Notes: generated by a model from the letters alone, not told the origin. A DNA stretch of 64,000 nt from an uncultured Porphyromonadaceae bacterium (GCA_947175665.1 CAMWNR010000002.1:88-64087); one strand, 5' to 3'; positions 1 to 10,604 are shown, numbered from the stretch's first letter. A program made the numbers and translations.

Positions 1-1042
1 GCTCGTGGTCTGGAGTGGGGACTAAAATTCCGTTGTGACCCGTATTTACGATGTATGGCATCGCTGAGTTGTCAAAACCTGTTACCGGAAGGCCGTAGCC
101 CATTGCCTCGGCTATCGATAACCCGAACCCTTCTTGCATTGAAGGGAAGAGGTATATATCTGCCGTGGAGTAGAACCTTTTTATCTCTTCTCGTGTCACA
201 AAACCGTGAAAATGTATTTTATCATTCAGTCCATATCCGGCAATCTCCTCTTTAAGTCTGTCGAGATAATCTATATTTACGCATTTCCCGACAATATCAA
301 AGATAAAGGGGATGCCTTTGCGGTTCAGAATATCCAACGCTTTAATTGCATGTATTAATCCCTTACGCGGTTCGACAGTACCGGTAAAAAGCAATTTTAC
401 GGCCCTGTTAGCCGCAGGATGGGAGTGAATAGACCCCGAGGTATCAATATTCCCCTCAGGGGCGCTTACCGGCTTAAAAATAGGGTTATTTCCCAAGGTG
501 CCGACCGACTTAGGAATAGAGTTATATTCCGGCGGGCTTCCCGATGTGTTTTCCGATCTGCTTTCCGGGCAAGGTGTAGGGATGTATGCCGGCTTCCTGC
601 CGATAATACGCGCGATTTCACGTCGCATAAATCGGCTCGGCGCTATGATATGGCGGCATAGTCGCAGAAATATCTTCTCCCCAAGCGTGTATACCGGTCG
701 CCGTATTCCGGAAACCTCATTGTATAAGAAATGGTGATGTACGGCCACGGTATGTACCCCTTTAATCCGGAGTACCGCAACCAGCGGGAGAAAATATAGA
801 AATTTGGAGGAATTAAAAACCACTATCGGTTTGGTGTCACTTACCGTAGAGCGCAAAAGAGTGAGATTACGGAGAGGAGCCAAGATTTTGGCAATCAGGT
901 TATTTGCCGCAGGCGCGGAGAGGATGGTTACCTCGGTTTCAGGTAGCGCGGCAATACCCTTAGCCAACTTATCTTCGTATAAGTGACCACCGGTAATAAT
1001 CTCTTGCGGAGCCTTCTGATAAACAAATATAACCTTGCGCAT
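1..1042 (-). CDS. Glycosyltransferase, GT-B fold (GT4/GT1-like); 3' end runs off the window
   Basis: Absent from the ORF track because there is no stop in the window. My translation from ATG at 1042 reads MRKVIFVYQKAPQEIITGGHLYEDK...LLFTGTVEPRKGL...YLFPSMQEGFGLSIAEAMGYGLPVTGFDNSAMPYIV. This is the C-terminal E-x7-E-type region typical of retaining GT4 enzymes. Confidence 0.75.
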   Translation of the reverse strand, partial: MRKVIFVYQKAPQEIITGGHLYEDKLAKGIAALPETEVTILSAPAANNLIAKILAPLRNLTLLRSTVSDTKPIVVFNSSKFLYFLPLVAVLRIKGVHTVAVHHHFLYNEVSGIRRPVYTLGEKIFLRLCRHIIAPSRFMRREIARIIGRKPAYIPTPCPESRSENTSGSPPEYNSIPKSVGTLGNNPIFKPVSAPEGNIDTSGSIHSHPAANRAVKLLFTGTVEPRKGLIHAIKALDILNRKGIPFIFDIVGKCVNIDYLDRLKEEIAGYGLNDKIHFHGFVTREEIKRFYSTADIYLFPSMQEGFGLSIAEAMGYGLPVTGFDNSAMPYIVNTGHNGILVPTPDHE

Positions 1043-1059
1043 AGCGCAAAGTTAATAAA

Positions 1060-1107
1060 TAAGTAAGTAATAAAAATTAAACGATATTAAAAAGTACGTA
1101 GTAATAG
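1060..1107 (+). repeat. ~48-nt conserved block shared with 28298-28347
   Basis: See the partner feature at 28298-28347. This copy lies directly upstream of the minus-strand glycosyltransferase start at 1042. Confidence 0.75.
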
Positions 1108-1155
1108 TTACTTATTCCGTTCAGTCCCATATTCGGGCCGATAAATGGGGAGCGC

Positions 1156-2031
1156 CTACTTTGATAGCGGTGCGATATGGCGAAACAGGCGCCAGCCGTG
1201 ATAACGGCCGTAATATTGGATGGAGCCGGCGGGTACTTGCAGTGTACAGCGCTCGTAGGCCGCTGTATCATCGGGATCAAAGAGGTAACTCTCACATTCG
1301 ATAAAGGGGGGTTTTAATGCGGGGACTTCAAGCAGTTCGAGCGAACTGCAACCGCTTATTATCAATTCGCCGATCATATTGTAACTCTCCGAAAGGCGCA
1401 ACCTCCTCATATTCAGACAATCTGAAAACGCATAACTCTCCAACTCCTTCACTCCGGCCGGCAACTCCAACTCGCGCACCGATACGCAACGTGAAAAGGC
1501 GTTATTTCCTACCTTTCTTACCGGAGCAGGTATCTCGATCTCTTCCAACCCTTCGCACCCGGCAAACGCAAAGGCGTGGATCTCCTGCAGCCCTGCAGGT
1601 AGCACCACACTCTTAAGTGCCACGCATCTATGCATCATCTCTTTGGGTATAAACCATACCTGAGGCGGCACTATGAGGGAGCGCAATGAGAGGCATTCCC
1701 TGAAAGCACCCTCCCCTATCACACCGATACCGGCCGGGAGCGATACGGAGTCGAGATTGATACACTCCGCAAAGGCATACTCCCCTATCTTGCGGCACTG
1801 TGATGACGGAGCAAACTCAACACGTTTCAACCCCTCCATACCGGCAAATGCATATTGTGGTATCTGCCTTACCGAGGCCGGGATAACTATTACGCTATCC
1901 CCCTCGCTCCAACCGTATCGTTCGGCTACTCCGGGGTTGCGGAGCGTGGATGGGTAAGCCGATGATGCCATAATGTCCACTGCAGCAGCGACCATTAAAC
2001 TCTTTATAATGGTTGTAATATTATAGTTCAT
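1156..2031 (-). CDS. Leucine-rich repeat protein (BspA-like LRR_5 type)
   Basis: 291-aa ORF with repeated ~23-aa units such as IPxxVxxIGxxAF..C..L (IGEYAFAECINLDSVSLPAGIGVIGEGAFRECLSLRSLIVP...). Confidence 0.75.
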   Translation of the reverse strand: MNYNITTIIKSLMVAAAVDIMASSAYPSTLRNPGVAERYGWSEGDSVIVIPASVRQIPQYAFAGMEGLKRVEFAPSSQCRKIGEYAFAECINLDSVSLPAGIGVIGEGAFRECLSLRSLIVPPQVWFIPKEMMHRCVALKSVVLPAGLQEIHAFAFAGCEGLEEIEIPAPVRKVGNNAFSRCVSVRELELPAGVKELESYAFSDCLNMRRLRLSESYNMIGELIISGCSSLELLEVPALKPPFIECESYLFDPDDTAAYERCTLQVPAGSIQYYGRYHGWRLFRHIAPLSK

Positions 2032-2050
2032 ACATGTGTGCCTTTACGCT

Positions 2051-2656
2051 TCAGGGTTCCACTCCGTGGCCCCCCTCTAAATGCGGAGTCGGGATAAGGG
2101 GATGTTGCAGAGGTACCGGGTATATCTTGCTTACATCGGCTGTATCGACAGCGGTTATCACCACTTTGCTGTCACCGCGCCATGGGAGTGTACCCGAATA
2201 TGTGGAATACTCGATACGTGCCGGGATATTGCTTAACTGCAATCTGCGCAATTCGGCCGCAAGATGGTCGTCGGCCGTTGAGAAAAGTATGTCACCGCTA
2301 TACGGCTCTATGGTATCGGCAAGCGACTTATAGGGCATGAATACCCCCTCAAATGTCTTAAACACGTGACCGCGCCGCTCTATCTTCTCTACATAACCAT
2401 ACTGCACACTCTGCTCTATATACGGAGTGAAAAACCAGACATATACCCCATACAGCGCTCCTAAGATGATACCGCACGCTACAAAACCTATCCACATCTT
2501 CCAACTCCGTGCGGCCGGGCGGATATGCTCCCACTCGTCGTCCTTGTCATAATAGCGCGGATCATCGGGCTTGAGTTCCGGTTCTTTAGGTTTCTGCGGA
2601 GCCGGCTCCTGAGGAGTCGACTCAAAAAAATCTTCTTTATCGTTGTCGTTATACAT
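2051..2656 (-). CDS. Hypothetical single-pass membrane protein
   Basis: 201-aa ORF with an acidic/Pro-rich N-terminus followed by one hydrophobic span (WKMWIGFVACGIILGALYGVYVWFF). I recognise no family. Confidence 0.55.
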   Translation of the reverse strand: MYNDNDKEDFFESTPQEPAPQKPKEPELKPDDPRYYDKDDEWEHIRPAARSWKMWIGFVACGIILGALYGVYVWFFTPYIEQSVQYGYVEKIERRGHVFKTFEGVFMPYKSLADTIEPYSGDILFSTADDHLAAELRRLQLSNIPARIEYSTYSGTLPWRGDSKVVITAVDTADVSKIYPVPLQHPLIPTPHLEGGHGVEP

Positions 2657-2681
2657 TTCTTATTATCCTCGTTAGTTTTGT

Positions 2682-3740
2682 TTAACCTGTTACAGTGCGG
2701 TTATCGCGCTTCCCTACCGCTATATAACCGAGCGTGAAGATGCCGAGCAGTATCAGCATCACTGTCTCACCGCTCCATACAAGCATCGAGAAGGCGGTGC
2801 CTTGCGCATCGGTGATCCCATATACGGCCAGTCCGAACATTACGGCTATATTCCACGGGCCAAGCCCTCCGTTGCTCGGGACTGCCATGCCGAATGTGCT
2901 TAGTATAAACGCTACCAGACATGGCAACAATCCGAACCCTAATCCGGGCTCGGCACATAACCTTGCGGTAAAGGGGAAGGCAAAGAAGGTCACATATAAC
3001 TGTATATAGTAACATCCCCACAGCAATAGCGTGTACATCAAGAATTTACCTCTCCCCCGCATCTTTATTACGGATGCAAAACCTTCCCAAAGTTCCCCTA
3101 CCCATTTTATAATTTTACGTATAAATGCGTTATTTCTTAATAAATATACCAATCCTCCTATCACTATCACCCCGGCTGCGGTTGCTATCCAAACCACAGG
3201 GTTGCTGATCAATCCCACTAAATCTCTCCCTACCGGGTATTTCTCGGCAAATGCCCGCAAAGCCGGTGCGGCCAGAATAAAGGTAAGCAGCAGTATGCAT
3301 AGAGCCGTAAGCATATCTACCAGACGGTCTGATACCATGCTCCCTATTACTTTTGTCAACGGTGCTTTCTCCTTTTTGGCAATATATGTGCATCTCCACA
3401 CCTCTCCCAACCGTGGGAACACAAGGTTAAGCGCATAACAACCGAATATAGAGCAGCAGATCGCCATAAAGGGGGGCTTTATATCCATTGCGTCAAGTTG
3501 CAACCGCCATCGTGCGGCCCGGAATATATGCGAAAATATACTCAGAAACATCCCTAACAGAATCCATCCGTAATCTACTCCGTCAGATATAATCTCCATC
3601 ATATCGTGGAAGTTTACCTTACGGAAAAGTACCCACAACAGAAGGATGGTCAACCCTAACGGGAGAAGTATACGAAGAGCCGTGGCGAGGATTTTACCCC
3701 CGTCACGACTCTCCGTATTTTTATTATTAGTTTCGGTCAT
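2682..3740 (-). CDS. Flippase-like / lysylphosphatidylglycerol-synthase TM-domain family (UPF0104) membrane protein
   Basis: 352 aa and polytopic. The N-terminus LRILLPLGLTILLLWVLFRKVNFHDMMEII and the overall layout are typical of the LPG_synthase_TM family. Confidence 0.7.
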   Translation of the reverse strand: MTETNNKNTESRDGGKILATALRILLPLGLTILLLWVLFRKVNFHDMMEIISDGVDYGWILLGMFLSIFSHIFRAARWRLQLDAMDIKPPFMAICCSIFGCYALNLVFPRLGEVWRCTYIAKKEKAPLTKVIGSMVSDRLVDMLTALCILLLTFILAAPALRAFAEKYPVGRDLVGLISNPVVWIATAAGVIVIGGLVYLLRNNAFIRKIIKWVGELWEGFASVIKMRGRGKFLMYTLLLWGCYYIQLYVTFFAFPFTARLCAEPGLGFGLLPCLVAFILSTFGMAVPSNGGLGPWNIAVMFGLAVYGITDAQGTAFSMLVWSGETVMLILLGIFTLGYIAVGKRDNRTVTG

Positions 3741-3772
3741 AATTGTTCAGTATCCGGAAATACCGGGTCAAA

Positions 3773-6208
3773 TCAGCGTATTACAAACTCCGCCTTGCCG
3801 TAATCGTAGGGGAATACGAGAGTGGCGGTGCGTGTCTTGGCATCATACAGATAACCGTATTGACGTATCGCACGACGGCTCTGTGAGAGTTCGAGACGGT
3901 TACCGTTCCACTCCACACTCTTGGGGGCATTTACGCCTACTACCTCAAGTTCCATCATACGCGACTCGGGCATACCTTTGTACCCTCCTTGGCTTGTGAT
4001 GGTGACACGTGTATCCGCTCCGCTCATCTCACCGGCAAAGTTGATAAGGATATAGTTCTTATTATCAAGGGATTCGGGCGATTTGCGGTCATCTTCAAAG
4101 AGTGTATAAGTACTCTTATGCGATGCGGGATAATACCTTACGGTGAGGAACTGCGGGTTGTATTGCTCCACATTCTCGATCTCACGGGTATATTGGGGTA
4201 TAAATGCACCCGCCTTTACAAAGAGAGGCAACTCGGCCAAAGGTGCTTTGACTGTATAAGATTTACCACCCTTATATTTGAGAGCGGGATTCCACCACGA
4301 TATCCATTCACCTTTGGGGAAGAGCACATTGCGGCTGCGTGCGCCCTGAGTCATAACCGGTGCTACCAGCACCTCGTCGCCCCAGAAATACTCATCGTCA
4401 CAGTCGGCAAACTCCGTTCCGGTATTCTCACCGCGGAAATTGAGGGGGCGTGCCAGGGGCCAACCCTTCACGGCATTCTCCCACGCCAGCGTATAGTTAT
4501 ACGGCAACCACTGATAACGCATCTTTATATAATCCTTGAGTATCTGTTCCTGTTCGGGATAGTGATACGGTTCGGGTTTTACAGTGGCGTGAGTGCGGAG
4601 CATAGGGGTAAATGTACCCATCTGCAACCATCTCACATACAACTCGGGGTCTACGGGGTGAGCGGGATCTACGGCAAAACCGCCTATATCCGAACTCATA
4701 TAACCCAGACCGGAGAGGCCTGACGAAAGCATCAGATTGACCTGCGGACCGAAACCACCCCATGAGCGGGATACATCGGTAGTCCAGGGGAATACACCGT
4801 AACGCTGCAGACCGGCAGTGCCACCGCGCATCATAAGCATCGGACGCATATCGGGATAATCCTTGCGCAGCCCCTCATAGATGATACGGCTCCACTCGTT
4901 GCCGTAGACATTGTGGTATTCCGAAGCGGTCTGCCCGTTGTCGTGGTAGATGGTGAGCGGGTGCACTTCGGGTTCGCCGAGGTCTCCCCACCATCCGGCT
5001 ACTCCCTCGGCGGTAAGATCCTTATATCGGTTCCAGTACCATTCGCGGGTATCGGGGTTTGAGACATCAATCATGCCGGCATCACCTACCCATGTGGTGA
5101 CATCGTGGATGTTGCCGTCACTATCCTTGGCGAGCATACCACGCTCTCCGAGATAGTTGTAATTGTCTATGGCACCTTTCTTATTCATATACGGCTGTGA
5201 GATCAGCACCATATTTACTCCCTTGTCCTTAAGGTCGGAGAGCATCTTGCGATGATCGGGCCATTGCTCTTTGTTCCACTCCAGACGTCCCATATCGGTC
5301 TCGGTGCCGTACCAGTAGAGGTCGAGCACGATTCCGTCGACAGGATAACCGCGGGTCTTGAGAGTATCTATCACCCCCTCGGTTTCGGCTTGCGTACGGT
5401 AGCCGTATTTGGAGGTGATATAACCGAGCGTCCACATCGGCGGGAGCGGTTGGCGGCCGGTAAGGAGTGTATAGTTGGAAGTTGCCCCTGCCATATCACC
5501 TTCGGGAGAGTTTATAAAGTAATACGAGAGCGCACGGGGAGTGGCCGAGGTATATGAGATAGTGTCACCTCCGAGATAGAGGTCGGCCTTGTTGTAATCG
5601 TCAAAGAGGATACCATAACCCTTGTCGCTGACAAAGTAAGGTACCGAGATACCCATCTGTGAGATACGGGGATCACCCTTGGTATATCCGTAATTCTGAC
5701 GGTTAAACATGGTCAGCGAATCTCCGTTGAGGCGTAATTTATGGCCGCGTTCGCCGGCACCGAACAGGTTACCTGACTCCGCTCCGATAAATGAGACACT
5801 CTTTAAGGCCCCGTTATTGTCTACACCTTCCGCCTCGCTGAGCAGCAGATTGCCATCGCGGTCATAAAATCTCACCACTCCGGTATTACGGTCAACCTTT
5901 ACCTGCAGGGTGGCACTCTTGATCACCACCTCCGAGGGAGTAACCATCTCAATCACACCGTCGGCACGTGGTGTAAGCACCGCTGACTGCGAGGGGTAAT
6001 ATTTCACCACGCTATCCTCCGGGAGCATGGTCACACGAAATATGTCATCGCTGACGGGCGTAATCTCCACAACCCCCTTTGCAGTACCTACCAGGGTTGC
6101 TCCATCTGCCCCGCGGCGCACACTGCCGGGACCGGGCAATTCAGTCTGAGAGGCGGCTATCATAGTCAGACCCGCCCCCAAGACTGCCATTGAAATCAGA
6201 TGTTTCAT
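3773..6208 (-). CDS. Glycoside hydrolase family 31 (alpha-glucosidase/alpha-xylosidase-like), secreted
   Basis: 811 aa with a signal peptide (MKHLISMAVLGAGLTMIAASQ). GH31-type catalytic-region motifs are present: DGIVLDLYWYG, WWGDLGEPE and SDIGGF. Confidence 0.88.
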   Translation of the reverse strand: MKHLISMAVLGAGLTMIAASQTELPGPGSVRRGADGATLVGTAKGVVEITPVSDDIFRVTMLPEDSVVKYYPSQSAVLTPRADGVIEMVTPSEVVIKSATLQVKVDRNTGVVRFYDRDGNLLLSEAEGVDNNGALKSVSFIGAESGNLFGAGERGHKLRLNGDSLTMFNRQNYGYTKGDPRISQMGISVPYFVSDKGYGILFDDYNKADLYLGGDTISYTSATPRALSYYFINSPEGDMAGATSNYTLLTGRQPLPPMWTLGYITSKYGYRTQAETEGVIDTLKTRGYPVDGIVLDLYWYGTETDMGRLEWNKEQWPDHRKMLSDLKDKGVNMVLISQPYMNKKGAIDNYNYLGERGMLAKDSDGNIHDVTTWVGDAGMIDVSNPDTREWYWNRYKDLTAEGVAGWWGDLGEPEVHPLTIYHDNGQTASEYHNVYGNEWSRIIYEGLRKDYPDMRPMLMMRGGTAGLQRYGVFPWTTDVSRSWGGFGPQVNLMLSSGLSGLGYMSSDIGGFAVDPAHPVDPELYVRWLQMGTFTPMLRTHATVKPEPYHYPEQEQILKDYIKMRYQWLPYNYTLAWENAVKGWPLARPLNFRGENTGTEFADCDDEYFWGDEVLVAPVMTQGARSRNVLFPKGEWISWWNPALKYKGGKSYTVKAPLAELPLFVKAGAFIPQYTREIENVEQYNPQFLTVRYYPASHKSTYTLFEDDRKSPESLDNKNYILINFAGEMSGADTRVTITSQGGYKGMPESRMMELEVVGVNAPKSVEWNGNRLELSQSRRAIRQYGYLYDAKTRTATLVFPYDYGKAEFVIR

Positions 6209-7401
6209 AATTCTATATCTTCATCTACGATCACATGCCAGGGGAGACCGCTCTGAGCGAGTTTCTCAAGGAAGGGATCGGGATTGAACTCCTCGACATT
6301 ATGCACACCGGGCTTAACCCACTCTCCGGTAAGGAACATGTAGGCACCTACCATAGCCGGCACACCGGTGGTGTAACTTACGGCCTGGGCCCCGGTCTCC
6401 TTATATGCTTCCTGATGCGAGCAATTGTTGTAGATATAGTAGGTGGATTCCTTACCCTCTTTGTCGAGGCCGCGGATACGGCAACCGATAGAAGTCTCAC
6501 CGGTATAGTTCTCTCCGAGACTGCCGGGGTCCGGGAGTACAGCCTTGAGGAACTGAATAGGCACAATCTCCTTACCCTCGTAGATGATAGGATCGATGCG
6601 CGCCATACCTATATCCTGAATCACACGGAGGTGTGTGAGGTATTCCTGACCGAAGGTCATCCAGAATCTCGCACGCTTGATAGTGGGGAAATTCTGCACA
6701 AGCGATTCCAACTCTTCGTGATAGAGGAGATAACTCTCGCGCTCGCCGATGTTGGGGTAGGTAAGCGGACGATGTATCTCAAGGTTCTCGGTCTCCACCC
6801 ATTTACCGTCTTCCCAATATTTACCTTTCTGAGTGATCTCGCGGATATTGATTTCGGGGTTGAAGTTGGTGGCAAACGCCTTGCCGTGATTACCGGCATT
6901 GCAGTCTACGATATCAAGATACTCCATCTTGGAGAAGTGATGCTTGGCTGCGTATGCCACAAATACTGCCGATACTCCGGGGTCGAAACCGCAACCGAGT
7001 ATAGCGGTAAGGCCGGCTTTCTCAAATCTCTCACGATATGCCCACTGCCATGAGTATTCGAAGTGTGCCTCGTCTTTGGGCTCGTAGTTGGCGGTATCAA
7101 GATAGTTTACACCACACTGCAGACAAGCCTCCATAATGGTGAGATCCTGATACGGGAGAGCGACATTGATGCAGATGTCCGGCTTGTGACGGTTGAAGAG
7201 TTCCACTATCTGCTCTACATAGTCTGCGTCTACCTGATCGGTGACGATATTTTTCACTCCGAGTTTCTCTACAATCTTGTCACACTTCTCCTTGCGACGA
7301 GATGCAAGCACGATTTCGGAGAAAACCTCCGGATTTGCGGCACATTTCGCCGCTACCACACTGCCGACTCCTCCGGCACCGATGATCAATACTTTTCCCA
7401 T
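6205..7401 (-). CDS. Saccharopine dehydrogenase family protein, likely carboxynorspermidine dehydrogenase/synthase
   Basis: 398 aa with an N-terminal Rossmann motif (KVLIIGAGGVGSVVAAKCA). Size and layout match the polyamine-pathway enzyme of Bacteroidota. Its stop overlaps the GH31 start as ATGA. Confidence 0.72.
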   Translation of the reverse strand: MGKVLIIGAGGVGSVVAAKCAANPEVFSEIVLASRRKEKCDKIVEKLGVKNIVTDQVDADYVEQIVELFNRHKPDICINVALPYQDLTIMEACLQCGVNYLDTANYEPKDEAHFEYSWQWAYRERFEKAGLTAILGCGFDPGVSAVFVAYAAKHHFSKMEYLDIVDCNAGNHGKAFATNFNPEINIREITQKGKYWEDGKWVETENLEIHRPLTYPNIGERESYLLYHEELESLVQNFPTIKRARFWMTFGQEYLTHLRVIQDIGMARIDPIIYEGKEIVPIQFLKAVLPDPGSLGENYTGETSIGCRIRGLDKEGKESTYYIYNNCSHQEAYKETGAQAVSYTTGVPAMVGAYMFLTGEWVKPGVHNVEEFNPDPFLEKLAQSGLPWHVIVDEDIEL

Positions 7402-7460
7402 TTTTTCTATTTATTGTATTATTTATTTTTTCATTATCAGTCTGAAAGCGTGTTTACTTT

Positions 7461-7916
7461 TCACTCACACTCCGGGAGTCCCGATACCGTGACCTTGCGC
7501 GCACCGCTCTCTATCTCCTCTATGCTGACTTCTACCGTATCGTCGGGCAGAAACCGCTCTATGCGGTCGGGCCATTCGATAAAGCATAGCGATCCGCTCT
7601 CGAAGTAATCTTCGACACCCATATCGAGTGCCTCTTCATCATCTTCTATGCGGTAGCAGTCGAAGTGATATATCAGTTGGCCGGTGGTATCGGAGCGATA
7701 TTCATTTACTATGGCGAAGGTGGGTGATGATATGTCGTCTTCCTCCACACCCAGACTCTTGCATATAGCCGAGATAAATGTAGTCTTTCCCGCCCCCATG
7801 CTTCCGGTAAAGGCAAATATCTTATTATCACCGATACACCCGATAAACTCCTGAGCGGCACGCGGCAGAGCCGATTCGGATTCTATTATTATCTCTTTTG
7901 TCATCTTATTTATCAC
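7461..7916 (-). CDS. tsaE: tRNA t6A37 biosynthesis ATPase TsaE
   Basis: 151 aa with the P-loop [19 protein letters not shown] and the family-typical FDCYR segment. Confidence 0.85.
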   Translation of the reverse strand: MINKMTKEIIIESESALPRAAQEFIGCIGDNKIFAFTGSMGAGKTTFISAICKSLGVEEDDISSPTFAIVNEYRSDTTGQLIYHFDCYRIEDDEEALDMGVEDYFESGSLCFIEWPDRIERFLPDDTVEVSIEEIESGARKVTVSGLPECE

Positions 7917-9039
7917 TTTCCATTATAAGTTCGGCCGCATAATCGGCTGCAACAGAGGTGCCGAGTTTGCGACGCATCATCTTGTAGCCGTTGATCTGCC
8001 ATTCCCGTTTTGGCGATGATTGCAGCAGTGGCGACAACTCTCTGACTATATTTTCGGTGGTGCAGTTATGCAGCAGCAGTTCCGGCACTACCCTGTTGCC
8101 CACTATGAGATTGGGGAGGCTCACATATTTCACATGCAGCAGTTTCTCCATTATGTTGTAGGTCCACCGCTTACCGTTGGCACGGTAACATACTACCTGC
8201 GGAGTGCCTACCAGCGCGGTCTCGAGAGTAGCCGTACCTGAGGTTACAAGTGCCGCCTGCGAATACTTCACCAGCGTCATCGCACCCCCGAACACTACCT
8301 TCAGTCCGGGATCCTGAGCCACCTCGCGGTAGTAGACCTCGGGTATCGCAGAGGCAGCCGCCACTACATACTGAAACTCCGGGTAGCGTCGTGCCGCGGC
8401 AATCATCAGCGGCAGATTTGCCTTTATCTCACTGCGACGACTCCCGGGGAGTAGCGCTATTATCGGGCGGTCGTCGGTAATCCCCTGACGCTCTTTAAAA
8501 TGACGCAAGGGGGAGATATGATTCATAATGTGCTCTATCTCCTGTACCGAGGGGTTGCCTACATATATATCATCCTTATAGCCGCGCGCCTTATAGAAGT
8601 CTGGTTCAAACGGCAGTATGGAGTATATTCGCGATATACATTTGCGGATAGTGCGTATGCGCCATTCCTTCCACGCCCATATCTTGGGCGATATATAATA
8701 TTCGCATCTCACCCCTATCTTATGCGCATACTTGGCCAGACGGAGGTTAAATCCCGGGAAGTCTACCAGTATCAGCAGATCCGGACGCCACCGGCGCAAT
8801 ATATCCTTTGCCAGTTTCAGATTACGCATTATGGCCGGGAGGTGACGCGCAACCTCCACAAATCCCATAACATTCAACTCACGGTAATGCAAATCCGGTG
8901 CATGACCGGCCGCAGCCTCCATCAGATCCCCGCCAAAAAAACGTATCTCCGCATCCCCCTTCTCCTTGAGGAGCGATTTGATAAGATATGAAGCGTGTAA
9001 ATCACCGGATGCCTCACCGGCTATTATCATTATTTTCAT
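7906..9039 (-). CDS. lpxB: Lipid-A-disaccharide synthase
   Basis: 377 aa. The N-terminus [23 protein letters not shown] and the LLPGSR motif are characteristic of LpxB. Confidence 0.9.
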   Translation of the reverse strand: MKIMIIAGEASGDLHASYLIKSLLKEKGDAEIRFFGGDLMEAAAGHAPDLHYRELNVMGFVEVARHLPAIMRNLKLAKDILRRWRPDLLILVDFPGFNLRLAKYAHKIGVRCEYYISPKIWAWKEWRIRTIRKCISRIYSILPFEPDFYKARGYKDDIYVGNPSVQEIEHIMNHISPLRHFKERQGITDDRPIIALLPGSRRSEIKANLPLMIAAARRYPEFQYVVAAASAIPEVYYREVAQDPGLKVVFGGAMTLVKYSQAALVTSGTATLETALVGTPQVVCYRANGKRWTYNIMEKLLHVKYVSLPNLIVGNRVVPELLLHNCTTENIVRELSPLLQSSPKREWQINGYKMMRRKLGTSVAADYAAELIMESDK

Positions 9040-9166
9040 TGACTGAACTCGAATTTGACATTTAGACGTGAAATATCGATTGCTAAATTGCGTTAATTAT
9101 AAGTAATAAACTATTACTTAAGTAAGCAATATAACAAAATTAACAATTTCTTTCCAATCCTCAATA

Positions 9167-10603
9167 ATGAGAGCACTCTTTTTTGCATTTATTGCCCTAA
9201 TCATCGGGATTGTAGCACAATCCTGTATCTCGGATGATTTTACCGATTCATCTGCCGTAAGGTTGCGCTTCTCTACCGATACCGTGGCCTTTGATACCGT
9301 CTTTACCGATCTCGGTACCCCTACGGCACGCCTTAAAGTCTTTAATCCGGAGAAGAAGAGTGTCAATATCTCTTCGATAAGATTTAAAAACCCTGATTCG
9401 CGTTTCTCTATGAATGTCGACGGCGTGAGCGGCACCGTGTTTAACGATGTCGAGATTCGCGGCGGTGATTCTATCTTTATCTTTATCGAGTGCTTTATAC
9501 CTGAAAACAACGATTCCAAACCTTTCCTAACCGAGGATAAAATCGAATTTATCACCAATGGCACCGAGCAGAATGTGGTGGTGGAGGCTTACGGCCAGAA
9601 TGTGACAAGATTGCGCAATCTGAAGATTGACTCTGATATGACCCTCACCGCGGAGCGCCCTTACGTGGTGTTTGACTCTCTTGTAGTCAGTCGCGGTGCC
9701 ACTCTTACTATCCTGCCGGGTGCGCAGGTGCTGTTTCATGATAAGGCGTCTCTTACGGTCGAGGGGACTCTTAAGGCGGTTGGTGAACCGGGCAAAATGA
9801 TTGATCTGCGCGGAGACCGCCTTGATAATGTGCTTACCGATGTGGCTTACGATATTCTGTCGGGTCAGTGGCGCGGCATCCGGATTACCGCTGATTCTTA
9901 CGACAACGAACTCAGTTACGTGGATATGCGCTCTACCGACAACGGCCTGCGCATCGACTCCTGCGGCAATACCGACCGCACCAAACTCCTCCTGCATAAT
10001 TCATGGCTCCATAACTCCAAGGGGTGCGCCCTCGAATCGAAGTACGCCAAGGTCGATGCCTACGGGTGCGTTTTCTCGGAGGCGGCCGACGCAGCGGTAG
10101 CCCTTTATGGGGGGGTGCATGAGTTTAATCAATGTACATTTTCCAACTATTACCTTTTTGCAATCCCGGCCAATCCGATCCTCTCGCTTTATCATCTCTT
10201 CCCCCTTGATGCTCTGGATCATCCGGAAAATCCCAACCCCCTCATGCGGGCTACATTCCGCAACTCCATCATTTACGGCATGACTACCGATATTAATTGC
10301 GGAGACCTGGCGGAGAGTAATGTCTTTCTGGAATACTGCCTGCTTAAGTCTGCGGGGAGCGATGACGATAATTTCCGCAATTGCCTCTGGGATACGGATC
10401 CCCTTTTCTATACCGTAAGAAGTGACTATTACTTTAATTATCGTGTGCAACCTGACTCCCCGGCGATAGGTGCGGGCAACGGGGCTTATCTATCCTCTGC
10501 AGTCATGACAGATATGGATGGTCTTACCCGCAATAATCCCCCGACACTGGGCGCTTACGTATTTACCCCCGAACCGGCATCGCGCCAATTATCAGGCAAG
10601 TAA
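9167..10603 (+). CDS. Putative lipoprotein with parallel beta-helix-like repeats
   Basis: 478 aa. The lipoprotein signal is MRALFFAFIALIIGIVAQSC. The repetitive middle part (GATLTILPGAQVLFHDKASLTVEGTL...) looks like right-handed beta-helix proteins. The function is unknown. Confidence 0.55.
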   Translation: MRALFFAFIALIIGIVAQSCISDDFTDSSAVRLRFSTDTVAFDTVFTDLGTPTARLKVFNPEKKSVNISSIRFKNPDSRFSMNVDGVSGTVFNDVEIRGGDSIFIFIECFIPENNDSKPFLTEDKIEFITNGTEQNVVVEAYGQNVTRLRNLKIDSDMTLTAERPYVVFDSLVVSRGATLTILPGAQVLFHDKASLTVEGTLKAVGEPGKMIDLRGDRLDNVLTDVAYDILSGQWRGIRITADSYDNELSYVDMRSTDNGLRIDSCGNTDRTKLLLHNSWLHNSKGCALESKYAKVDAYGCVFSEAADAAVALYGGVHEFNQCTFSNYYLFAIPANPILSLYHLFPLDALDHPENPNPLMRATFRNSIIYGMTTDINCGDLAESNVFLEYCLLKSAGSDDDNFRNCLWDTDPLFYTVRSDYYFNYRVQPDSPAIGAGNGAYLSSAVMTDMDGLTRNNPPTLGAYVFTPEPASRQLSGK

Positions 10604-10604
10604 G

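Noticed and set aside
1047-1054. TAACTTTG -7 box (minus strand) as the glycosyltransferase promoter
   Set aside because: It lies only 4 nt upstream of the ATG at 1042, so transcription would start at or beyond the start codon. It may indicate a leaderless mRNA or a different start codon. This is too uncertain to call.
6205-6208. ATGA overlap coupling the polyamine-pathway dehydrogenase to the GH31 glycosidase, read as a functional link
   Set aside because: Four-base overlaps are common in compact operons. I see no biochemical rationale or other evidence for a shared pathway.
6235-7053. 272-aa plus-strand ORF. The same reasoning applies to 3989..4723, 14352..14930, 58338..58955, 60908..61474 and 44677..45117.
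   Set aside because: Each is antisense to or overlaps a well-supported gene (the dehydrogenase, GH31, the mmd genes, the T9SS cargo gene, lysC, clpB). The products are low-complexity, Arg/Ser-rich or otherwise odd in composition. I treat them as shadow ORFs.
10518-10604. Longer BirA start overlapping the upstream lipoprotein gene by 86 nt
   Set aside because: An ATG at 10605 lies 1 nt after the upstream stop. The extra 29 residues are not BirA-like.
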